From positions 32,001-96,000 of the IMG/VR virus record IMGVR_UViG_2879998633_000003: DNA of 64,000 nt. One strand, 5' to 3'. A program made the position numbers and the translations under genes. Positions 56,478-64,000 of the stretch are shown one piece after another (within the stretch, counting starts at the first letter, position 1; every line of letters begins with the position of its first letter). Under the pieces are notes generated by a model. The model had not been told where the DNA came from and did no database searches. It was given only the letters and a program-made list of their open reading frames with translations. Origin of the DNA: a virus. Its lineage: Duplodnaviria; Caudoviricetes.

Positions 56478-56663
56478 CTAGCCTGCTTGCTTCTTAACGC
56501 TGTCCGGCATCACCGCGCCAACAACGCCAGCCAGCGCTACGCCGCCAGCGATGACGGTTTCCTGAACGCCCGGAGGCATCTGATAGCCGAAGACACCAGC
56601 AATGACCAGGATAATGCCGCGCCAGGTAGACGGCTCTTTAAGTCGGTTAATGAGATAGTTCAT
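56478..56663 (-). CDS. Small 2-TM holin-like protein
   Basis: RLKEPSTWRG followed by two hydrophobic segments. Confidence 0.6.
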   Translation of the reverse strand: MNYLINRLKEPSTWRGIILVIAGVFGYQMPPGVQETVIAGGVALAGVVGAVMPDSVKKQAG

Positions 56664-56678
56664 AATTTACCTTCAGGT

Positions 56679-57164
56679 TCATGATTTAACTTCAGCGACG
56701 AAGCCGCCAGCGGCTTTGAATTTTGCGATGAGGTTGTCGGCTTCGTGCTCAAACTGACCGTAACCAGCTCCGGGGAGAGATGCCCAAATATTGCTGCAAC
56801 GGTCGATAGCCTGACGAATCTGCCCGTTGTCAATAAGCGGCAGAGCGCAACGCTCTTTAATCTGCTGTAGCGCGACCTGGTCCTGTGATGCCGGGGAGAA
56901 GTCCTTCAGGCCGAGCTGCTTGCGGTAAGCATCCCACCACTTCGACAGGAGCTGGTAGCGCCCCGCTGCGGTGGATTTGATACCCAGCTTTGGCAGGTTA
57001 ACCAACTTGCGTGGATGATCGCTGTAGTCAGTAAAGAGTGAACCACCAACAATGACGTCATAGCCTCGGTTCTTTGTCGGCTGCCCCGCTTTGTCTGTAC
57101 CTTCAGACCAAGCGAGCATGTCCAGAAACGCTTTACGTTGTTTATTGATCTCCAGCATCATCAA
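56679..57164 (-). CDS. Endolysin (lambda R-type transglycosylase)
   Basis: [12 protein letters not shown]; STAAGRYQ; [12 protein letters not shown]. Confidence 0.95.
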   Translation of the reverse strand: MMMLEINKQRKAFLDMLAWSEGTDKAGQPTKNRGYDVIVGGSLFTDYSDHPRKLVNLPKLGIKSTAAGRYQLLSKWWDAYRKQLGLKDFSPASQDQVALQQIKERCALPLIDNGQIRQAIDRCSNIWASLPGAGYGQFEHEADNLIAKFKAAGGFVAEVKS

Positions 57165-57465
57165 CTCCTGCCTTTCTGGCTGCGATTTTTTTAATCAAGC
57201 TCCCGATCGAGTCAGTACCGATATAGCCAATGAAGACACTGGCGATGTAGGCGAGATTGCTGCTCAGGCCAATGAAGTCGAGAAGGTCACGGACGAACCA
57301 GGCGATCATCGCGCACATGACAGCATCGATCAGCGTCTTCGCCATGGCGCCACCGTTATAGCGGCCACGCAAATACGCCATGATGAAAGCCAGTATTGCG
57401 CCGATACCCTGCTCCTTAGCTGCCAGCAGAGCGGCGATGAAATCTTGTTTGTAGGGCATTCGCAT
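57142..57465 (-). CDS. Holin (lambda S family, M-R-M dual start)
   Basis: [21 protein letters not shown]; [11 protein letters not shown]. Confidence 0.93.
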   Translation of the reverse strand: MRMPYKQDFIAALLAAKEQGIGAILAFIMAYLRGRYNGGAMAKTLIDAVMCAMIAWFVRDLLDFIGLSSNLAYIASVFIGYIGTDSIGSLIKKIAARKAGVDDAGDQ

Positions 57466-57513
57466 AAGCCTCACCTCCGTTAATGACGGATGGCGCTGTG
57501 TGTTTGAAAAGGT

Positions 57514-57602
57514 TCAGGCCCATCGGGCTGATTTAACAACGAGCTTTATCGATGATGATTCCCGTGAGCCTGAAATGAAAAAGGCCGCGCAATAGCGCAG
57601 CC
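57514..57602 (-). repeat. 89-bp holin-upstream element (copy 2)
   Basis: Near-identical to 3190-3278. Confidence 0.85.
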
Positions 57603-57827
57603 CTTAAATGCTTTTGGTTAGTTGAAGTGCCTTAATCAGGCGAAAAAAAAGCCCGCTCAGAGGAACGGGCAGAAAGGTAGGCATTCTGATTCTGTAACGG
57701 TTCGATACGCACCTAATAGTCCGAGCTACCGATTTACCAGGAGAGTGATCATTATTCCGTTACTGCCTTTTAAACATAGCTGGAGAAGCCGAAACGGCAA
57801 CCCACTACCAAATAGCTTAGTAGCATT

Positions 57828-57942
57828 GCATATGGTGCCGGGTGCCTCCCGGTGGGCATGTCCCAGCCGACATGGCCCGCGCTGCATTTACAGATCACTG
57901 TAAGTGACTGGTCGCCCCTCCGCACAGGGGGATTCACCATGC
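57828..57942 (-). ncRNA. Structured RNA element in the late leader, paralog of 16871-17018
   Basis: GGTGAATCCCCCTGTGCGGAGGGG...CACCGGGAGGCACCCGGCACC. Confidence 0.5.
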
Positions 57943-58023
57943 CGCTAATCTAATTTGTAAACTTTGTGTTAGTCAATATGTAACACTCTGTCAAAGGCAC
58001 CCGAAGATGCCTTTTGCACAGTG

Positions 58024-58176
58024 TCAGGATTTGCTTTTAAATGGCCAGTAACGGCAGGCTGCCAGCGCAGCGAGGATAACCACCAGTGTAACCATATCCA
58101 TCAGCACGCCCGCCAGCCGCCAGGATACGAACAGTAGAACGGCAAACAGCGCCCAAAAACACAGCCTGCGCAGCAT
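58024..58176 (-). CDS. 50-aa 2-TM membrane protein coupled to the TAXI gene
   Basis: MLRRLCFWALFAVLLFVSWRLAGVLMDMVTLVVILAALAACRYWPFKSKS; starts 2 bp after the TAXI stop. Confidence 0.65.
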   Translation of the reverse strand: MLRRLCFWALFAVLLFVSWRLAGVLMDMVTLVVILAALAACRYWPFKSKS

Positions 58177-58178
58177 GA

Positions 58179-59024
58179 TTATTTACCGTTGGTGCCGAGC
58201 ACGCGGCTCAGGTTTTTCAGCAGTACGGTTGAGGCCGTTTCGAGCATGTCATCACCGGCATCGGTATTGGCGACCACCAGCGTTTTGGTGCAGGGGACTT
58301 TGACCTTCGAGTCGCTCAGCCAGCCGGATTCGGTCACCGCCTTTTTCAACTCGTATACCGGTTTCCCGTTAGGCAACTTATCGTCTAGGTGCCAGCCGTT
58401 CATGTCGATCATAGCCAGTCCACTGCCTTCCTGATTTACCGCTTCCAGAAACTTATTCGACCGGTCCGGCGCAGAGACCCAGAGGAATGCGTCATATTCA
58501 CCAGTAGTGACTTTCGCTAGCGAGCGCACGCCGCCTTTCGCGTAGGTCTCGACTTTGGCGTAGTCCTTTTCCAGACCCTGAAGGTATTGCCATGACGCAT
58601 AAGATCCGCTGGTAGGCTCGCCGACCGCGATTTTCACTCCAGCCTTTAAATCCCCTTCATCACTAACCTTCCCGCCCTTCTTCACCGCGACAAAAACACA
58701 CTCATCGGCCAGCTCGCCGATAATGTCCACCTTCTGGGCTTCGTTGACGTGACGGCCACGCCAGTATTGGAAGGCATCAGCCTGGGTGAAACCGATCTGA
58801 GCAGCACCGCTGGCCACCTTATCGAGATTATCCAAAGAGCCTTTACTGGGGATCACTGTCGAACTGTAGCCATACTCACTCAGTGCGCTGGCGAGGTTCA
58901 CGCCATAGACCGCGTTGTAGGTCAAACCCTGTTGACCCGTGGTGATAACGACTTCAGCAGCCGAAGAGGCGTTACTCAGGCACAGCGAAGCGACCGCGAT
59001 TGCGGTCATAATGACTTTTTTCAT
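58179..59024 (-). CDS. TAXI-family periplasmic solute-binding protein
   Basis: Signal peptide; TTG..GLTY; SKGSLDNL..V.SG.AQIGFTQAD; G...SGS. Confidence 0.8.
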   Translation of the reverse strand: MKKVIMTAIAVASLCLSNASSAAEVVITTGQQGLTYNAVYGVNLASALSEYGYSSTVIPSKGSLDNLDKVASGAAQIGFTQADAFQYWRGRHVNEAQKVDIIGELADECVFVAVKKGGKVSDEGDLKAGVKIAVGEPTSGSYASWQYLQGLEKDYAKVETYAKGGVRSLAKVTTGEYDAFLWVSAPDRSNKFLEAVNQEGSGLAMIDMNGWHLDDKLPNGKPVYELKKAVTESGWLSDSKVKVPCTKTLVVANTDAGDDMLETASTVLLKNLSRVLGTNGK

Positions 59025-59217
59025 GTGACGTTCCTTTTGAGGTGAGCCTTCGCCCGGAGTGGCCGCCCTGCAGAACAGTCACACGACCATTCCAAAGGCT
59101 CACCCCGAAAAGCTCTGCAGGTTTTATGCGCCGGGCGTGGCGCAGATATGAAAAAGGCCCGCGGTAGCGAGCCCTGAAATGAAAAATATCCTCCGTAGCG
59201 GCTTGAATCGAAAAGGT

Positions 59218-59475
59218 TTATTTTTTGGCATTCTTCTCCGCCATCTCAATGTATCGAGGGTCAGTAGCGCGCGGGAGCTGGATGCTTTGCTCGCGGTAGT
59301 AACGCACTCTTTCCATGAAATACTCGCGCAAATTTTCCGGCTGCTCTCTCGCCACCTGCTCAGCGATAACCGGCATGTTCAGGCGTTCTTTGTATGCTAC
59401 GCCCGACGCCGCTAGGTCAACGTTAACCTTGTCCTGCTCTTCTTTTGGTTTTGCTGCGATATTATATTTAGACAT
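59218..59475 (-). CDS. holE: DNA polymerase III theta homolog (HolE/Hot)
   Basis: [42 protein letters not shown]. Confidence 0.92.
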   Translation of the reverse strand: MSKYNIAAKPKEEQDKVNVDLAASGVAYKERLNMPVIAEQVAREQPENLREYFMERVRYYREQSIQLPRATDPRYIEMAEKNAKK

Positions 59476-59477
59476 GT

Positions 59478-59738
59478 TCAGGGCTCGCATTTCCAAATAG
59501 TGTTTTGTACACCACTACCTTTCGGTAAATTCGGATTCATATTCGCGCTATGGAGATAAACAGCTTTCGACTTTCCATATTGCTGACAAGCCTTAATAGC
59601 TGTGCTATGCAAACTATCTAGCCCGTACCAAGCATCGGATTGAATACTAACCTTTTCACCGTCGTTATATTGGACTGCTGCACAACCCGAGAGCGCTCCA
59701 ATAATCGTAATGCCTACAATCAACTTAATGCTATTCAT
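59478..59738 (-). CDS. Small lipoprotein
   Basis: LSGC lipobox. Confidence 0.7.
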   Translation of the reverse strand: MNSIKLIVGITIIGALSGCAAVQYNDGEKVSIQSDAWYGLDSLHSTAIKACQQYGKSKAVYLHSANMNPNLPKGSGVQNTIWKCEP

Positions 59739-59789
59739 TGACTTCCCCCACAATTATTGAAGGGGATTATAGATTAAGCAGCTAAACCT

Positions 59790-59877
59790 TTCGAGTGGCA
59801 TATCCAGGCAGATTGGCCCTCATCAGGGCCTCGGCGAACGGTGGCGGCACGGCGTTGCCACAGCGCGCAACTTGCTG
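59790..59877 (-). pseudogene. 3' remnant of a phage C5 cytosine methyltransferase
   Basis: QQVARCGNAVPPPFAEALMRANLP (motif X). Confidence 0.65.
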
Positions 59878-59879
59878 AG

Positions 59880-60929
59880 CTAAACCAGCAAATTACGCAT
59901 TTCAACTACCGTCTGTTCAAATCGCTCCTTCTCCAGCTCAACACCTATACCCTGCCGCCCGAGAAGGGCTGCTTGCTTTAACGTTGACCCGGATCCGAAA
60001 AAGAAATCAGCTACCACCTCCCCTGGCCGACTGCTGGCCGTGATGATCTGCTGCAGCATATCGGCGGGTTTTTCACACGGATGTTTGCCGGGATAAAACT
60101 GAACCGGTTTATGAGTCCAGACGTCGGTGTAAGGAACCGTGACAGACACGCTAAACGGGCGCCGTAACCGGTAATATTCCTGCTGAAGTTCAGAATATTT
60201 TCTGTTCAGCGATTGCCAGGTTGCAACCAGCTGGTGGTGAGGTTTGCCCAGTTCATGGCGCGAATGCTTTTCCATGGCAATTTTTTGAAATAGCGCCTGC
60301 AGCTTCAAATAATCAGCTTCGTTCGGCAGTTGCCACTGACTAAGGCCAAACCAGTGGGAAACCATGTTTTTCTTACCAGTGGCTTCTGCAATCTGCATTG
60401 AAGTCACGCCAAGAGATTCCCTGGCATCCCGGAAGTAAGAAATCAGCGGTGTCATGACATGCTGTTTTAGCTCATTACATTTTGCGGCATATCCATCATT
60501 TTTGGGCTTGTATGGCCCCTGATAATGGTCGGCAAAAATGATACGTTCCGTCGCTGGGAAATATGACCGGAGGCTCTCTTTGTTGCATCCGTTCCAGCGT
60601 CCCGAAGGTTTAGCCCAGATGATATGGTTAAGCAGGTTAAATCGCTCTCTTACCAACAGCTCTATATCCGCTGCCAGGCGGTGCCCACAGAACAGATACA
60701 TGCTGCCGGTAGGTTTTAACACTCGCCAGAACTGTGCAAGACAGCTATCCAGCCAACGTAAATAGTCTTCTTCCCCCCTCCATTGGTTATCCCAGCCGTT
60801 TGGCTTCACCTTAAAGTAAGGCGGATCGGTAACAATCAGATCAATAGAGTTATCGGGTAGCGTTGGGAGGTATTGCAGGCAATCAGCATTGATTAATTCA
60901 ATACTGGATATTTTTACAGTATTTTTCAT
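59880..60929 (-). CDS. DNA N6-adenine/N4-cytosine methyltransferase (beta class)
   Basis: TDPPYF; HPCEKP; DFFFGSGST. Confidence 0.92.
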   Translation of the reverse strand: MKNTVKISSIELINADCLQYLPTLPDNSIDLIVTDPPYFKVKPNGWDNQWRGEEDYLRWLDSCLAQFWRVLKPTGSMYLFCGHRLAADIELLVRERFNLLNHIIWAKPSGRWNGCNKESLRSYFPATERIIFADHYQGPYKPKNDGYAAKCNELKQHVMTPLISYFRDARESLGVTSMQIAEATGKKNMVSHWFGLSQWQLPNEADYLKLQALFQKIAMEKHSRHELGKPHHQLVATWQSLNRKYSELQQEYYRLRRPFSVSVTVPYTDVWTHKPVQFYPGKHPCEKPADMLQQIITASSRPGEVVADFFFGSGSTLKQAALLGRQGIGVELEKERFEQTVVEMRNLLV

Positions 60930-61078
60930 AGATCAGTAAGCGTAACTCTGATAGACTCACTTTGCTTTTGCGCTAAAGCAGTGGGCCGTGGTTAGCTTGT
61001 GACCTGAAAGCATGAGCTGATGGCTGGTCGGGGGCTACAACACCCACCAGCCGCCCATTTTCACAGCAAAAGCCCCCA

Positions 61079-61270
61079 TTACTGGAGGCGCTTATAACAT
61101 CCGAATTGATAATCAGATAACCCCGCCATTACCAGCTGCGTAAGTATGAGCTGGCAGCGTTCGCGGCTCAGGTGAGTATTCTGAGCAATATCCCCAGCCG
61201 TAGCCGGTTTGTCACTTAACTCATCAAAAACAGCCTTGGCTTTTTCCGTCATATCTTGCTGATTTAGCAT
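61079..61270 (-). CDS. Small winged-helix protein
   Basis: ATAGDIAQNTHLSRERCQLILTQL; AAGG RBS. Confidence 0.7.
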   Translation of the reverse strand: MLNQQDMTEKAKAVFDELSDKPATAGDIAQNTHLSRERCQLILTQLVMAGLSDYQFGCYKRLQ

Positions 61271-61394
61271 GTCTTTTACCTTAAAAAAGTGGCGTGACAT
61301 ACAGATAACTCTGGTTAGTAACCACAGCAAGAAACAATCGCGATAACCATAAAAAAACCCGCCAGAGCGAGTTTTTTTATGTTTAAGCTGTGTG

Positions 61395-61445
61395 TCGAAG
61401 TGACCACTCTTAACACATTACACATAAAAATGCGGACCGCGTTAG
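61395..61445 (-). promoter_or_regulatory. Probable late promoter pR'/qut region of prophage 2
   Basis: AACGCGGTCCGCA...GTGTAATGTGTTAAGAGTGGTCACTT, followed by a terminator hairpin at 61351-61378. Confidence 0.5.
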
Positions 61446-61964
61446 TTTTTTTTACATTGGACGGACCTCTTATAGACGATCATATACTTTAAACGTAGGA
61501 GAACCTATTGGTACACAACGAGTCATTTCAGATAACTTGAATGCGCGGTAGTATTTATCAACACTATCATTTAATAAAAAACGCGAAGAATCGACTATAC
61601 TTATTAATTACACATCTGAATATTTTTCTTGCACAGACAAAATAAGCACAAGTTATCGAAACAGAAGACTCTTTTATTAAAGTTATTGTCAGTAACTATT
61701 GAACACCAGCCACCGTCAGTTACCCTACATAATGAAAAGTATTTTTTCATTACGTCAACAGTAGTAATAGTAGGCCACTCCGTCCAGAGTAACCTACAAT
61801 ATTTTTATATCCATAAACAACAGTAACAAATCAGATCTAAATCAACGCATTAAATTGATGAGCGTATTAATATATATTGACACTAATACTTTCCCTATCA
61901 TTAATTATGAAAAAGAATACGGAGCGCAAAGCCACATTCCGCACCATACTAAACTTAGAATTAT

Positions 61965-63014
61965 TTAATCAATTAGTGAGAAATCACAACCAACAATAAT
62001 ATCTTCCAAGTCATTTATTTTACCTGTATCTCTAACAAACTTCGCTATTGCCGAAAAATAGTCAAAATATTCGTATATTCCTTTCGTAAAAAATACAGAA
62101 AAAGTTGGGCCATCAAATTTACTGTTATCTTCATCATAATAGGCCAAGTTTATGAACGACAAAGCGTCAACGGTCTCTTTTACTAACGCCTTCTGATCAT
62201 AGGTCTTTCCATTCATAATCATAGCCTTGGGAATAATGCACGCATCAATATATTTATTATTGTCAGATTCAATTGTATATTTAATAACTAAATAAATAAA
62301 CCATCTCTGCTCTTCATTGAGTAGTGAAAGTTCATCTTTCAAAAGAATCAAATCGCTCCTGATATCTTGCTCGGACACGTTAAAATTAGTATCATTAAGA
62401 TCAATTCCATTTTCTCTTATAAAATTATCGATACTTACACCTGGGTTAATGCTTTCTGCCCGCATTGGCTTCAATATACTAGAATTCGCATTCGGGAAAT
62501 ATACACCAAATTCCTTTTCACACATTAAATATAATTGCTCAAACTCCTCCCCACCCTTATTGCATATAGAATTTGCAACATCTGATAAATTTAACACATG
62601 GATGACAATACCTTTCCTCGAATGATCCTCAAGTGGATCATTCGATATAACCATCATCCATACTTCATTGTAAGTCTCATGTAAATTCCATTTAAAAAAC
62701 TTATCTATTGTTTTTGAAAATTTTGCTTTTGAACCATCTGAGGTAACTTGTATTGCTACTCCACTAGACTGATCACCTAAATCGATAGCAGGATGATTAT
62801 ATTTAATAACATTGAGATTTGTTAATGATAGGTTGTAAACATGGCTTAGCAAGTCTGTCAAGACCAGTTCCATAGTTTTATTAATGTCAAACAAACCTTG
62901 CTTGCTATTAAATGTGATAACAGTACTAAGAAGAGAAAAAGCAAATGTAATATTATTATTTTTTTTCTGCCGAGTTAACACAATAGCCTCCTCATTTAAG
63001 TCATTAAATTTCAT
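61965..63014 (-). CDS. SMEK-domain protein, probable anti-phage moron
   Basis: FDINK..E...L..VY...L.NLN...N.PAIDLGD....AIQVTS...K...T..KF; very AT-rich. Confidence 0.75.
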   Translation of the reverse strand: MKFNDLNEEAIVLTRQKKNNNITFAFSLLSTVITFNSKQGLFDINKTMELVLTDLLSHVYNLSLTNLNVIKYNHPAIDLGDQSSGVAIQVTSDGSKAKFSKTIDKFFKWNLHETYNEVWMMVISNDPLEDHSRKGIVIHVLNLSDVANSICNKGGEEFEQLYLMCEKEFGVYFPNANSSILKPMRAESINPGVSIDNFIRENGIDLNDTNFNVSEQDIRSDLILLKDELSLLNEEQRWFIYLVIKYTIESDNNKYIDACIIPKAMIMNGKTYDQKALVKETVDALSFINLAYYDEDNSKFDGPTFSVFFTKGIYEYFDYFSAIAKFVRDTGKINDLEDIIVGCDFSLID

Positions 63015-63108
63015 TCTTGTGTTACCCTCCTACCGGAACGACAGGAAGGTAAGCAAGATTGTCTTTAAAAAAACAACATCTGTCAAAAACTGAATGAGGA
63101 TAACAATT

Positions 63109-63492
63109 TTATCGTGTTATCGTTACTATTGCATCCATTGTTAAATGTACATCCAACATACTGAGACATCCCTCAATAAAACCTTCAGACATCTGTATCT
63201 CAATCCGGATAAGCTTTTCATCTTTCTTTAGTGCCTTAGCTATCTTCCGCTTCGAGATACCGTACAGGTAATGAGCCACGAGCAAACTGTGTTCATATGG
63301 CTTCTTTTCGCGAAGTCTTGCCAAGCAGCCTTCTATGATTAATGCATCATCATCGGTGCAGCACAAACGTGTTTTGCCGCCCTGCGGAAGAAGCCCCTTA
63401 AAACCTGCTGCAATGTGGGAATAATCAATACCGGAGCTGTCAGCTGCCGCCCAACCGCCCCATAAATCTAAAACCTTTTGCATGTCACGCAT
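63109..63492 (-). CDS. Antitermination protein Q (phage 21/933W type)
   Basis: MRDMQKVLDLWGGWAA; IAAGFKGLLP; EGFIEGCL. Confidence 0.92.
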   Translation of the reverse strand: MRDMQKVLDLWGGWAAADSSGIDYSHIAAGFKGLLPQGGKTRLCCTDDDALIIEGCLARLREKKPYEHSLLVAHYLYGISKRKIAKALKKDEKLIRIEIQMSEGFIEGCLSMLDVHLTMDAIVTITR

Positions 63493-63509
63493 TCATATTC
63501 TCCATACAC

Positions 63510-64000
63510 TTAAGATTTTACAATGACACCGATACCCATTACCCGATCCAGAAAACGGGCCAACAGCTCTAACTGCGTTCCGTATTTCTGTTCGAATGCT
63601 GAGACGTCGGCATGTAATTCATCGTGATGCACTCTGCACAGTGGTATCACGAAGAGATCATGGGCCTTGGTGCCAGTTCCCCCCAGACCATTCCCTATTA
63701 TATGGTGTGGATCGTCAGCTGGTTGCCTACAGCAGGCACATTCCTGTGTTTTTACCCACTGGGTGTATTGAGGGCAAATCCAGCGCCGGCGCTTCGGTCG
63801 CAACATAAATGCTTCAGGGCAGTCCGGATCCACGCCCAACCGGAGAATAGGTCTCCCAGCATCCTGATCACCCGTCTCCAGATCCCCTGTTATGGCATGG
63901 CTTTCCCTCTTATCCAGACGTCTTTTAAGTATGTCGGCCGCGGGTATTGCTGGGATGATGTTGCTGTCCCTGTATACCGAACGGTGCGGCTCTGGAGCTA
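63510..64000 (-). CDS. YdfU/DUF968 family protein, 3' part
   Basis: WVKTQECACC...ADDPHHIIG...TKAHDLFVIPLCR.HH. Confidence 0.85.
   Translation of the reverse strand, partial: APEPHRSVYRDSNIIPAIPAADILKRRLDKRESHAITGDLETGDQDAGRPILRLGVDPDCPEAFMLRPKRRRWICPQYTQWVKTQECACCRQPADDPHHIIGNGLGGTGTKAHDLFVIPLCRVHHDELHADVSAFEQKYGTQLELLARFLDRVMGIGVIVKS

Larger units (their letters stand above)
21709..64000. mobile_element. Lambdoid (HK97-like head) prophage 2; continues right beyond the window
   Basis: Q, lysis, HNH, terminase, portal, capsid, tail and tailspike genes running to the icd att junction. Confidence 0.95.

Noticed and set aside
59478-59738. Cor superinfection-exclusion lipoprotein
   Set aside because: Has a lipobox but lacks the Cor motifs I know (VQIYGVR, YRAGYPF)
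57600-61500. tRNA genes, common after Q in lambdoid phages
   Set aside because: No cloverleaf found; GGTTCGA at 57700 lacks supporting stems

Overview
Enterobacteriaceae chromosomal window (Enterobacter-like, by inference) made up entirely of two lambdoid prophages in tandem. They meet at a displaced 164-bp 3' fragment of icd (21558-21721), the phage 21-type attachment locus. Prophage 1 (1 to ~21.7 kb; its structural genes lie off-window to the left) shows HNH, a phage 21-type pinholin/SAR-endolysin/spanin cassette, an IS1 without target duplication, Q-like and DUF968 genes, a LexA-boxed dinI operon, cargo genes (DUF1737, AIPR, GAF-EAL), replication, immunity, a RecE-like exonuclease, xis and int. 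Prophage 2 (~21.7 kb to 64 kb; its int lies off-window to the right) shows a defence-rich end (TM-HEPN, AbiH between two SRAP pseudogenes, an unassigned two-gene operon, umuDC), an invertase-controlled switch between two tailspikes, a full HK97-like head/tail module, a mosaic lysis region with a frameshifted Acb2 homolog, a TAXI-type binding protein, Pol III theta, a DNA methyltransferase, an SMEK-domain gene and Q. The two best novelty candidates are: (1) a strong promoter, a ~210-nt four-hairpin RNA leader, a LOTUS/OST-HTH+UPF0158-like protein and a RelE-like protein (26.0-28.1 kb), a possible RNA-containing anti-phage toxin system; (2) about ten 24-bp GTCCGCT-N10-AGCGGAC hairpins that bracket cargo genes in both prophages like gene-cassette ends. 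All family calls are from motif recognition by eye; no database searches were run.
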